From the NCBI GenBank assembly GCA_963706575.1, contig CAVPNL010000004.1, forward strand, positions 32,001 to 96,000: a stretch of 64,000 nucleotides of DNA, written 5' to 3'. The notes beneath the pieces were generated by a model. That model did no database searches. It had not been told where the DNA came from and saw only the letters and a program-made list of their open reading frames with translations. The translations under genes and the position numbers were made by a program. Source of the stretch: an uncultured delta proteobacterium (GTDB lineage Bacteria; Desulfobacterota; Desulfobacteria; Desulfobacterales; JAHEIW01). Positions within the stretch are counted from its first letter, which is position 1, and each line of letters opens with the position of its first letter. Positions 29,122 through 38,635 of this stretch are shown in pieces.

Positions 29122-31376
29122 ATGAGAAAGCTCACACGATACGGTCGTATTTCAATCCGTCTGTCAGGAGTGCTACATGGGAGATGGGGTATTGGTTTAT
29201 GTTAAAAACGGTAAAGTGGTTAAAATAAAGGGTGATCCCGATTCACCTGTCACCGAGGGTGACAATCTCTGCTCCAAGTGCCGCAACGTGATAAACGGAA
29301 CCCTTTATAATCCTGACCGGCTTAAATATCCTTTAAAAAGACGCGGCCAAAAAAGGAGAAGATAAATGGGAACGCATCTCCTGGGATCAGGCCATTGACG
29401 AAATCACGGATCAAATCATAAAAATTCATGAACAACAGGGCCCGCTTGCATTTGCGGCCTCTGTTGACGGGTGGCATTATACCCTTTGCTGCATGCTGAT
29501 GCGGGCCCTTGGCAGTCCGAATCTGCTCAAGAGCATGGAACACTGCGAAGGTCCCAGTCGGGTCATGGATTTGGCTGTTGTCGGAGATATCTGCACCCAA
29601 TTCGGGCATGGTCCCGATACACGAGACAGTAAATGCGTTGTGATCTGGGGACAAAATCCGCCCGAAACCCACCTGCCGCAATGGCGCTGGATTCAGGAGG
29701 CCAGAAAAAACGGCGCCATACTCATCACGATTGACCCGCGCAACATTTCAGTTGCCAAGCAGGCCGATGTCTGGCTCCAGGTCAGACCGGGTGCAGACGG
29801 TGCCCTGGCATTGGGTATGATAAAAGTTATGATCGAAGAAGATCTCTATGATAAAGACTTTGTCAATCAGTGGTGTCACGGTTTTGACGAACTCAAAACG
29901 CATGTTAAAAACTAGTCGCTCGAAAAAATCGAAGAGATTACCTGGGTGCCCAAAAAAGACATTATAAAGGTCGCCCGCCTGTATGCCGGCATTAAACCGG
30001 CATCTCTGGTCAGTGGCATCGGCGTGATGCAGGGATACGGTTCTACGGCAACCGGACATGCCCATTCCATTTTAGTGGCGATCAGCGGGAATCTCGATGT
30101 GCAGAGGGGGCAATCTTTTATCCGGAGAACGGAAACCACCCGGTTTTTATTCGGCCTATGAATTCCTCAAACCGAGCTACCCCCAGCATCTGTTGCCCGT
30201 TGAAATCGAGGAAAAAAGAATCGGTTACAATGAATTTCCACTCTGGTCAGGGGTTAAGGCGCCGATTAGCGCCTGCCATAACGAGCTGACAATAAAGGCC
30301 ATGCATACAGGCAAACCATACCCGATTAAGGCCTTGATCAACCATGGAACCAATCTTCTAACCCAGTTTCCCGAGCCCAGGACGGTTTACAACGCTTTAC
30401 AACAGCTCGATTTAAGCATTCATTTTAACTATATGATGACGCCGACTGCAGCACTAGCAGATTATGTGTTGCCTGCCGCTCACTGGCTGGAAAGGGATGA
30501 AATACCGCTGATTGCCGGACTGTGGCAGCCGGCCATAGAAGCTCGTGTTCAGACGGTCAGAACCCTATGGCGAATCCAGAAATGAACAGCAGGTCATATT
30601 GGATATTTATTGGAAGTTGATCGAAAAAGGGTTCAAACCCCAAAAGAGCCGCACCGATGCTGATTTCATCCAATGGCGAACAATCCCCGAATTTCTCGAT
30701 TATTGCCTGAAAGGATTTGGAGCGACGTGGCAGGAATTAAAAGAACGTCATGTATTGCCGTTTCCAGCCAAGCCATACCGGTTATATGATCAAGACGGTT
30801 TTAAGTTTAAGACACCTACGGGAAAAGTGGAGTTATTTTCAACCACCATGGAACAATTGGGTCTCGATCCGCTGCCGAATCACCGTGAACCACCCGAGTC
30901 CCCGATTTCAACCCCCGGGCATGCTGAGGAATACCCCCTTATTCTTATGGAGGCCAGGGTAAGAGGCGGGGCTTTTATGCATTCAAGCAATCGCTGGGCC
31001 CCGTGGGCGAGAAAATCCCACCCTTATCCCCAGATGGACATCCACCCGGATACAGCAGGAACGCTCGGCATCAGGAACGACGATTGGGTCTGGATTGAAA
31101 ATTCGCGGAGCAAAAATAATGCACAAAGCCAGGATCACCAGAAATATCGATAAACGTGTGGTGAGCTGTGAGCCGGGATGGTGGTATCCGGAAAAAGGCG
31201 GGCCTTTATATGGTGTCTGGCAGTCCAATATCAGCCTCTTCACCTCCCTGGATGGGCCTTATGACCCTGCCCAGGGGACACCCACTCTGAGGACGATGCT
31301 TTGCAGGGTTTCAAAAGTAAGTGAAAAGGACCTGCCGGATGAAGATCAGTTCTGGTTATCTGCAAAGATAAGATAG
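29122..31376 (+). CDS. Molybdopterin (bis-MGD) oxidoreductase, acetylene-hydratase-like subfamily; several frameshifts and one in-frame TAG (error-prone assembly or pseudogene); start approximate
   Basis: CQEC...VKIKGDPDSP...LCSK, DRLKYPLKR, WERISWDQA, WGQNP, IDPR, VRPGADGALA, ADYVLPAAHWLE, TPTGKVEL, EEYPLIL, IHPDTA..LGI. Confidence 0.8.
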
Positions 31377-31409
31377 ACGGCTAAACACACTTGGGGACAG
31401 GAGGAAAAA

Positions 31410-31557
31410 TTGAATACTGTGAAACTTGGCGGAATGCATCGAATGCGGTCAATGTGAGGAAAAGTGCCCCTATAATCTGCCGATCGCCGACCTGCTTAAA
31501 GAGAACCTGGCGCTTTTTAAAGAAATCGAAGAAACCAAAGATCTGCCAGGTACTTGA
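31410..31557 (+). pseudogene. Internally deleted remnant of an aldo/keto-reductase with 4Fe-4S tail
   Basis: GGAGG RBS + TTG start giving MNTVKLG, joined out of frame to ECIECGQCEEKCPYNLPIADLLKEN...TGA. Confidence 0.55.
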
Positions 31558-31639
31558 AAGACGGTTGTTCTATCGTGTATATGGATAACGCGTAGAAAGA
31601 CATCTTACAACAGGATCACCCTGTAAAAAGGAGGCAATC

Positions 31640-31843
31640 ATGGAAATGAAAAAAGTGTTGGCAGGATGGAACAAGATCTGTCCCGGCTGCAACATCGGAC
31701 GTAAATATCCGGATTCATTTATCGGCAAAAAAGTGAGAGAGCACTGGGAGAAAGGCTGCCCATCCCATAACGCCTATGTCCAGGTTTACGGCAGCGATGA
31801 GCCTTCGCCGAAGGGTATCCGGGAAAAATCCGACGACAAGTGA
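31640..31843 (+). CDS. Small Cys-motif hypothetical protein, 67 aa
   Basis: Strong AGGAGG RBS; CPGC...GCPSH motifs. Confidence 0.75.
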   Translation: MEMKKVLAGWNKICPGCNIGRKYPDSFIGKKVREHWEKGCPSHNAYVQVYGSDEPSPKGIREKSDDK

Positions 31844-31995
31844 TGTCTTTGGCGGATTATTGGGTTGAAACGGGTGAAAGATATCATTAATGTGCTTAGA
31901 TGGGGTTTCGAAACCACTTCTAATAAAATACCAGATCGGTTGAATAATAAAAGAAGCGCTCAAGATTATTCGTATTGCCGTTAACACTATTTTAC

Positions 31996-32130
31996 GCGCA
32001 AGGACTCGGCTAACCGTAAGGCGCCGCAAGGGTTGAAAGGCACTCAACGTCTTGGGATGTCCTTGCGCTACTTTTAACAATCAAATAGCCAGCGGATAAC
32101 CCAATGGCGGTTTCCATGAGCTGAATTTCA
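31996..32130 (+). ncRNA. Unidentified structured RNA candidate (three-way junction plus second hairpin)
   Basis: 10-bp stem GCGCAAGGAC/GTCCTTGCGC enclosing a CC-GTAA-GG GNRA-capped arm and a CAAG..GTTGA/TCAAC..CTTG arm; followed by a terminator. Confidence 0.5.
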
Positions 32131-32168
32131 AAGCCCCACTTCTCATTAAGAGGTGGGGTCTTGTTTTT
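32131..32168 (+). terminator. Rho-independent terminator
   Basis: CCCCACTTCT-CATTA-AGAGGTGGGG followed by TCTTGTTTTT. Confidence 0.8.
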
Positions 32169-32328
32169 GGGATATCGGGTTGATATCTGTTAAATTAACA
32201 AAGTTTTAATATTCTCAATCATTATTTGACCCCACAATGGCATAAAAACAATTTCGAATATGCTCAGTTGGTAGAAATCGATGAATATAGACAATTGCGT
32301 CTTGAGCTAAATAACAAGGAGATGTGTT

Positions 32329-32931
32329 ATGTTTAGTTTGAGTAAACGCTCCAAGCGCATAATGTTATACTTCTTTGTAATAATATTTTCGTCAATCGGA
32401 TATGCGGCAGGCGAACCCTTACACGATGCTGCAAAAAAAGGAGACATGGATCAGATAAATCGATTGATTGAAAATGGTGCCACTGTAGATGCCATGGACG
32501 AAAACAGCAATACTCCTCTTTATATTGCAGTCGGTCAGGGCTACAAAGATGTTGTGGAACTTCTCATTTTAAAAGGCGCTAATGTAAATGCCGTTTGTTT
32601 TCGTGGTTATACGCCTTTGCACTGGGCAGTAGCTGCTTTGGGAGGAGAAAGAGAATTGGCCGAACTGCTGATCGCAAAAGGCGCGAATTTAGATGCAGTT
32701 GATCTTAAAGGTAGGACGCCGCTTTCCCATGCTGCTTATAGTGGGTACAATAAATTAGCTGAACTGTTGATCTCTAAAGGTGCTAATGTAAATGCAGTTG
32801 ATAACAAAGGCCGGACTCCATTGGATTGGGCAACTTACAGTCGCCATAAAAATTTGGTGGAACTGCTCATTAGATCTGGTGGCGAAACTCGAACACCATG
32901 GTCTGGCTCGCCTTATGGAAAATGGTTTTAA
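32329..32931 (+). CDS. Ankyrin-repeat protein with signal peptide
   Basis: About five TPLH/GA.VNA.D ankyrin repeats; hydrophobic N-terminus ending GYA-A; AAGGAG RBS. Confidence 0.92.
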   Translation: MFSLSKRSKRIMLYFFVIIFSSIGYAAGEPLHDAAKKGDMDQINRLIENGATVDAMDENSNTPLYIAVGQGYKDVVELLILKGANVNAVCFRGYTPLHWAVAALGGERELAELLIAKGANLDAVDLKGRTPLSHAAYSGYNKLAELLISKGANVNAVDNKGRTPLDWATYSRHKNLVELLIRSGGETRTPWSGSPYGKWF

Positions 32932-32958
32932 GATTCTGATTCTTGAGACTGTACTGTT

Positions 32959-34254
32959 TTATAATCTGACCTTGATCGATCCGGCATGAGCTCCCAGTCC
33001 CTCGATTTCCGCCAGACGAATAATGTCGGGGGCTTCGCGCTCAAACGCCTTTTGCGTGTACTGAATCAGGCTGGTCTTTTTTATAAAATTGTCCACTGAA
33101 AGTGCGGATGCGAAGCGGGCGGTTCCGGCGGTGGGCAGCACGTGGTTGGGACCGGCGATATAATCGCCCACCGGCTCCGGGGTATAGTCGCCCAGAAATA
33201 CCGCACCGGCGTTGCGGATTTTGCCCACCACCTCTAAGGGATCCCTCGTTTGCAGTTCAAGGTGCTCCGGAGCGATACGGTTGGCCATTTCGATGGCAAC
33301 GCCGATATTCGGCACAACAATTACGGCCCCATACTTGGTCATAGATTCACTGGCAATTTCTGCGCGCGGTAGATCAGCAAGCTGCCCCTTAATTTCTTTG
33401 ACGACGGCTTGGGCCAGCTTTTTTGAATCGGTAATCAACAGGGCCGAGGATAAGACATCATGCTCGGCCTGGGACAGCAGATCCGCTGCGATAAAATCCG
33501 GGCGGGCGCTCTCATCGGCAATGATCAAAATCTCGCTGGGCCCGGCGATCATATCGATGCCGACGATGCCGACTAAAATTTTCTTGGCAAGCGTGACATA
33601 AATATTACCGGGCCCGACAATGACATCGACCTTGGGTATGGTTTCGGTTCCATAAGCCAGGGCCGCAATAGCCCAGGCGCTGCCGGCTTTATAAACGGCG
33701 TCGACACCGGTCTTTTTTGCAGCCACCAGCAAATGAGGGCTCACCCCGCCGCCCTTGGTCGGTGGCGTGACCATTGCGATCTGTTTGACACCCGCGACTT
33801 TGGCAGGAATCACACCCATCAGCACCGAAGACACCAGTGGGGTCCGCCCTCCCCTGGCGCCGGGCACATAAACCCCGGCCGCATCCACCGGATGGATCAG
33901 CTGGCCCAGCAAGGTCCCGGGCCGATCGGTTTGCATCCAGGACCTGCGCAGCTGCTGCTCGTGAAATCGTTTGATATTCGCCGCCGCCCGGTTTAAGGCC
34001 CGCTTAAAAGACCGATCAACCTTTTTGGCTGCATCCGAAAATTCTTTATCCGTCACCTGCTGCGACTGAATCGTCACGCGCGCGGAGTCAAACTTCCGGG
34101 TATAGGACACAACCGCCTGGTCTCCTCGTTTGCGGACATTTTCGCAGATGCGGCTAACGGCCGCCATATCTTTTTTATCAAATGCCAGACCGCGATTGAC
34201 AATTCGGTTAATGCGCTGCTCGGCCGAGCGCGACGGATGGTTGTAAATTTTCAT
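32959..34254 (-). CDS. hisD: Histidinol dehydrogenase
   Basis: GVYVPG, GPGNIYV, IDMIAGPSE, DLLSQAEH, APEHLE, GDYIAGPNHVLPT. Confidence 0.97.
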   Translation of the reverse strand: MKIYNHPSRSAEQRINRIVNRGLAFDKKDMAAVSRICENVRKRGDQAVVSYTRKFDSARVTIQSQQVTDKEFSDAAKKVDRSFKRALNRAAANIKRFHEQQLRRSWMQTDRPGTLLGQLIHPVDAAGVYVPGARGGRTPLVSSVLMGVIPAKVAGVKQIAMVTPPTKGGGVSPHLLVAAKKTGVDAVYKAGSAWAIAALAYGTETIPKVDVIVGPGNIYVTLAKKILVGIVGIDMIAGPSEILIIADESARPDFIAADLLSQAEHDVLSSALLITDSKKLAQAVVKEIKGQLADLPRAEIASESMTKYGAVIVVPNIGVAIEMANRIAPEHLELQTRDPLEVVGKIRNAGAVFLGDYTPEPVGDYIAGPNHVLPTAGTARFASALSVDNFIKKTSLIQYTQKAFEREAPDIIRLAEIEGLGAHAGSIKVRL

Positions 34255-34272
34255 AGCTATATCCTTCCTTTG

Positions 34273-34447
34273 TAGAACCTATCTCAATCTGCCTGGGGCG
34301 CATATCGCGGCAAGATGCCGCTCCCACAGTTGACAATGTGATGTGGCAGTGGCTTCGACTCGGCTGAGCCCTTCGGCCGTGAGCTCAGGGCCGAACGGCT
34401 CGTCGCAGGCCAGCCACGAATGGTCTGCTATTTTTGAAATAGGTTCA
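34273..34447. mobile_element. MITE-like composite element with TAGAACCTATCTCAA terminal inverted repeats and nested REP-like palindromes
   Basis: Left TAGAACCTATCTCAA, right TTGAAATAGGTTCAA. Inside are ATCGCGGCAAGATGCCGCTCCCAC and a GGCTTCGACTCGGCTGAGC element that recurs inverted near 44160-44193. Confidence 0.6.
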
Positions 34448-34650
34448 ACATACAGATGCTGGTTACATATAGAGGATTTAGGGTGATCTTTGCAAGTAAT
34501 AACCGGCAAAGATCTTGACATTCCCCTTCAATCCGAATATGAAAATTAGGGATATACTTGCCGACATTTATCGAACGATTAACCAGAAATTACAATTAAA
34601 CACAACAGATCAATAGTGACCTATCATTTAACTCAAAAAAGGAGGTGCAC

Positions 34651-36393
34651 ATGGACAAGATTTTAAGAATCAACATGGGTGCGGATGGAGGCCCGGCGAT
34701 TAATACTGAGCCCGCAGGGGATTATGCCGGCTCAGGCGGTCGTGGCTTAACCTCAGCCATCGTCTCAAAAGAAGTTCCTCCATTATGTCACCCGCTGGGA
34801 GAAGATAACAAACTGGTTATCGCTCCCGGGCTTTTAAGCGGCTCAACTGCGGCAATGTCCGGACGCATATCTGTGGGCTGTAAGAGCCCGTTAACCGGCG
34901 GCATTAAAGAAGCCAATGCCGGCGGACAGCCATCACAAATGCTCGGTCGCTTGGGCTATGCCGCCATCGTACTGGAAGGTAAACCCCAAAAAGAGGCCAT
35001 TTATAAAATTATAATCAATAAAGATGGAGTCGACATTCAGGAAGCCAATGAACTGTGCATGCTGGGAAATTATGACACGGTCGATAAAATGAAAGCTGAA
35101 TACGGCGAAAAAATAAGTTGCATCTCCATCGGCCCGGCCGGTGAAATGAAATTGGCCGGCGCTTCCATCGCCTTCACGGATATGGAGCTCAGACCCACCC
35201 GTCACGCCGGTCGCGGTGGTGTCGGCGCGGTCATGGGATCAAAGGGAGTAAAGGTTATCGTTATCGATGATGCCGGGATGAAGATGAGACAGCCCCAGGA
35301 CCCGGATGCTTTCAAAGAAGCCAACAAGGAATGGGTCGCCGGGCTGAAAAAACACCCGGTTAGCGGTGAAGGATTGCCGGCATACGGTACCAATGTACTA
35401 ACAAATGTCATTAATGAAGCCGGTGCGTATCCGACAAATAACTTTCTTAAAGGCCAATTTGATGGCGCCAATAATATCAGCGGGGAAACCCAGGCGGAGT
35501 TGGAAGATGCCCGGGGTGGCAAAGGCTCTTCAACTCACGGTTGCCACCGGGGCTGTATCATTCGCTGTTCCGGTACGTTTTATGATAAGGACGGCCAATA
35601 TGTGACCAAACAACCCGAATATGAAACCGTCTGGGCCCATGGCGGAAACTGCGGTATCGATGACCTGGATGCCATCGCACAGCTGGATCGCCTGGATGAT
35701 GATTTCGGGCTGGATACAATTGAAATGGGTGCCACTATAGCAGTCGCCATGGAGGCCGGGCTGGCTAAGTTTGGCGATGCCGAAGCCGCCATCAAACTGG
35801 TCAAGGAAGTCGGCGAAGGAACGCCATTGGGACGAGTTCTTGGCAGCGGCGCTGCCGTAACCGGAAAGGTTTTCGGCGTGGAGAGAGTCCCCGTGGTCAA
35901 GGGACAGTCCATGCCGGCCTACGACCCCCGCGCAGTTATGGGCATCGGGGTAACCTATGCCACCACCACAATGGGTGCAGATCATACCGCCGGTTATGCC
36001 GTCGCATCCAACATTATGGGTGTCGGCGGAAGTGTGGATCCTTTGAAGCCGGAAGGACAGATCGAGCTATCCAGAAACCTGCAGATTGCTACGGCTGCAG
36101 TTGATGCGACCGGTATGTGTCTGTTCGTTGCTTTTCCGGTGCTGGATCAACCGGAAACATTTCAGGCTTTAATCGACATGATTAACACCTTTTATGGTTT
36201 GAGTCTGACTGCCGATGACGTGACAGAGCTGGGCAAATCTATTCTAAAGAATGAACGCGAATTTAACCTGGCGGCCGGTCTAAATTCTAAACATGATCGC
36301 TTACCCGATTACTTTAAGAAAGAAAAGCTGCCGCCGCATGATATTACGTTCCAGGTAACAGATGAAGAGTTGGATGAGGTTTTTAATTGGTAA
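34651..36393 (+). CDS. aor: Aldehyde:ferredoxin oxidoreductase (tungstopterin AOR family)
   Basis: KSPLTGGIKEANAGG, AGRGGVGAVMGSK, GCHRGCIIRC, PEYET, DDFGLDTI, YDPR, GMCLF. Confidence 0.93.
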   Translation: MDKILRINMGADGGPAINTEPAGDYAGSGGRGLTSAIVSKEVPPLCHPLGEDNKLVIAPGLLSGSTAAMSGRISVGCKSPLTGGIKEANAGGQPSQMLGRLGYAAIVLEGKPQKEAIYKIIINKDGVDIQEANELCMLGNYDTVDKMKAEYGEKISCISIGPAGEMKLAGASIAFTDMELRPTRHAGRGGVGAVMGSKGVKVIVIDDAGMKMRQPQDPDAFKEANKEWVAGLKKHPVSGEGLPAYGTNVLTNVINEAGAYPTNNFLKGQFDGANNISGETQAELEDARGGKGSSTHGCHRGCIIRCSGTFYDKDGQYVTKQPEYETVWAHGGNCGIDDLDAIAQLDRLDDDFGLDTIEMGATIAVAMEAGLAKFGDAEAAIKLVKEVGEGTPLGRVLGSGAAVTGKVFGVERVPVVKGQSMPAYDPRAVMGIGVTYATTTMGADHTAGYAVASNIMGVGGSVDPLKPEGQIELSRNLQIATAAVDATGMCLFVAFPVLDQPETFQALIDMINTFYGLSLTADDVTELGKSILKNEREFNLAAGLNSKHDRLPDYFKKEKLPPHDITFQVTDEELDEVFNW

Positions 36394-36414
36394 TTAATAA
36401 ATAGTCGGAATCGT

Positions 36415-36450
36415 AAAATGGGGAGATCTGAAACGGGTCTCCCTATTTTT
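36415..36450 (+). terminator. Rho-independent terminator after aor
   Basis: GGGAGATCT-GAAAC-GGGTCTCCC followed by TATTTTT. Confidence 0.7.
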
Positions 36451-36520
36451 GATACACGTCCAGCTGAAGTAACAAAAACTTATTTCGACGATAGAAAATA
36501 AAACCTAACACGACGATATT

Positions 36521-37114
36521 ATGAAAATATACATCGTTACCACGAATGAGCTGTTGCCTAAGTTTTTCAAACTATTGGAGCAGGGCTTTATTGTCAAAAC
36601 CCAGGCAGGTTGCAGTATTAAGGATCTGCTCTGTGAGCAACTGCAAATTGAAGAAGAATATCTCGATAAAAGAATCCAGACCCTATTTCTGAACGGAAAG
36701 GCGGTGGATAATGCGGAAAGGGCTTACATTCAAGATAATGCGACGCTGGCACTCTCCGCCGCAATGCCGGGTCTGGTAGGGGCCACGTTTCGCAAGGGCG
36801 GTACCTATGCTGCAATGCGAAATACGATTTCCTATAACGCAGAAATATCAAATAAAGACAAGGGTGAAGCCCGGGTAAAATTAAAGCTCTTTAATATGGT
36901 ATTAAAAGAGCTAGGCCCCCTTTTTCTGACAAATGGGGTGTGGATCCGTCAAGAAAAGTTTGACGAATTTCTATCTCGATATTTAAAGGAAATAAAGGCC
37001 GCCTGCTCCTTAATTCATTTAAATGACGAGAAAGTTGATATCGTCAAACTTGAACAAATGAATTTGAAAAACACGGAGATATTTTTACAGGTCAGATCTG
37101 AAAAATCAGCCTGA
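36521..37114 (+). CDS. Hypothetical protein with a beta-grasp/ThiS-like segment
   Basis: 197-aa ORF; SIKDLL...TLFLNGKAVD...IQDNATLALSAAMPG resembles a MoaD/ThiS fold. Confidence 0.7.
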   Translation: MKIYIVTTNELLPKFFKLLEQGFIVKTQAGCSIKDLLCEQLQIEEEYLDKRIQTLFLNGKAVDNAERAYIQDNATLALSAAMPGLVGATFRKGGTYAAMRNTISYNAEISNKDKGEARVKLKLFNMVLKELGPLFLTNGVWIRQEKFDEFLSRYLKEIKAACSLIHLNDEKVDIVKLEQMNLKNTEIFLQVRSEKSA

Positions 37115-37210
37115 TTGAATACGAATTGTGGCCTATCACCTTTAACATCTAAAATAGCAGATCAAGCCTATTCTTCTCCCGCTTAGCGGGATCCCACATC
37201 GCCTTATAAC

Positions 37211-37235
37211 AGTGGGAGCGGCATCTTGCCGCGAT
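37211..37235. repeat. GTGGGAGCG REP family palindromes
   Basis: GTGGGAGCGGCATCTTGCCGCGAT; inverted copy at about 34304-34327 and a pair at about 38533-38611. Confidence 0.75.
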
Positions 37236-37329
37236 ACGATATAGCAAAAAGCATTTTTGTAATAGCGCATTAAAAAGACTGCCGACATCGGCAGCCTTTT
37301 TAATTGATCAAACCGCCTGGATACAAACA

Positions 37330-38508
37330 TCAGCCACACAATTCAAACAATGCCGCGGCACCCATACCTCCGCCGATGCACATGGATTCCACACCGTATT
37401 TGACACCGCGCTGCTGCATGTTGTTGAGCAGGGTAGCGCACAGTTTGGCGCCGGTGCAGCCCAGCGGATGGCCCAGGGCAATGGCGCCGCCATGAATGTT
37501 GACGTTTTGCCGATCGATCCCCAGCTCATCGATGCAGTAAATGGCCTGAGAGGCAAAGGCTTCGTTGATCTCAAACAGATTGATATCTTTCAGATCCATA
37601 TCGGCCAGCTTCATCAACTTGGGGATGGCCAGCTTGGGTCCGATTCCCATCTCATCCGGCCGGCAGCCCACGGTGGTATAACACTTGAATTTGGCAATCG
37701 GTTTGACACCCAGGGCTTTGACTTTGCCTTCACTCATAATAACGCTGGCGGCGGCCCCGTCGGTCATCTGGGATGAGTTGCCGGCGGTAACGGATCCGCC
37801 GGCGGCAAATGCCGGATTAAGACCGGCCAGTCCCTCCAGGGTCGTATCCTCCCGGATGCCGTCGTCAAAATCCTGCAAAAAGGTTTCTTTTTTATAGGTC
37901 CCGTCTTTCTGTTGCACATAGCGGGTGGCCGGTGTGGCCACAATTTCCTTAAAGTGCTTTTTGTTTTTGGCCTCGGCCGCTTTCATCTGGGATTGATAGG
38001 CAAATTCATCCTGGGCCTCACGGGGCACCTTGTACCGGTTGGCCACATTTTCAGCGGTAATGCCCATGGAGGCATACAGATCGGCCAGTTTTCTGGTGTA
38101 TTCCGGATGCGGCCGCGGCAGGTTCCCGCCCATGGGAACATAGGTCATGGATTCCAGACCGCCCCCGATGACAATATCCGACCAGCCGGCCATCACCCGC
38201 ATGGCAGCCTGGGCAATGGCTTCCAGGCCGGAAGCGCAGAAGCGGTTTACGGTGGCGCCGGTCACATCCACCGGAAAACCGGCAATCTGGGAGGCCACCC
38301 GCCCGATGTTAAGACCCTGCTCGGCTTCCGGAAAAGAGCAGCCGATCATAATGTCCTCCACATCCTTTTTTTCCAGGTTTTGCGTTTTTTCAACGGCTGC
38401 GCTCAGAATAAAGGACAGCAAATCCTCCGGCCGGGTATCTTTAAACGCCCCTTTACTGCGTTTGCATCCCGGTGTCCGAATCGATGTAACGATATAAGCA
38501 TCTCTCAT
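37330..38508 (-). CDS. fadA: Acetyl-CoA C-acyltransferase (thiolase)
   Basis: NRFCASGL, NEAFA, GHPLGCTG, SMCIGGGMG. Confidence 0.95.
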   Translation of the reverse strand: MRDAYIVTSIRTPGCKRSKGAFKDTRPEDLLSFILSAAVEKTQNLEKKDVEDIMIGCSFPEAEQGLNIGRVASQIAGFPVDVTGATVNRFCASGLEAIAQAAMRVMAGWSDIVIGGGLESMTYVPMGGNLPRPHPEYTRKLADLYASMGITAENVANRYKVPREAQDEFAYQSQMKAAEAKNKKHFKEIVATPATRYVQQKDGTYKKETFLQDFDDGIREDTTLEGLAGLNPAFAAGGSVTAGNSSQMTDGAAASVIMSEGKVKALGVKPIAKFKCYTTVGCRPDEMGIGPKLAIPKLMKLADMDLKDINLFEINEAFASQAIYCIDELGIDRQNVNIHGGAIALGHPLGCTGAKLCATLLNNMQQRGVKYGVESMCIGGGMGAAALFELCG

Positions 38509-38635
38509 GATCGCTCCTCCTATTTATGGCTTTCGCGGCTGGAAGCCGCTCCCACAAGCAGGCACTTCCGCATATCACCCTGGGCGAGTGGGAGCGACTT
38601 CCAGTCGCGATTGTAACCGAATAAAAAATAAATTG

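Noticed and set aside
29913..29915. In-frame TAG in the Mo enzyme as pyrrolysine
   Set aside because: The context HVKN*SLEKIEEITWVP matches a position that is usually Tyr (one base from TAG) in an error-rich block, and no pyl genes are in the window. A read check would settle it.
29122..31376. True acetylene hydratase
   Set aside because: The catalytic Asp after the second Cys is Tyr here; only subfamily-level similarity is supportable.
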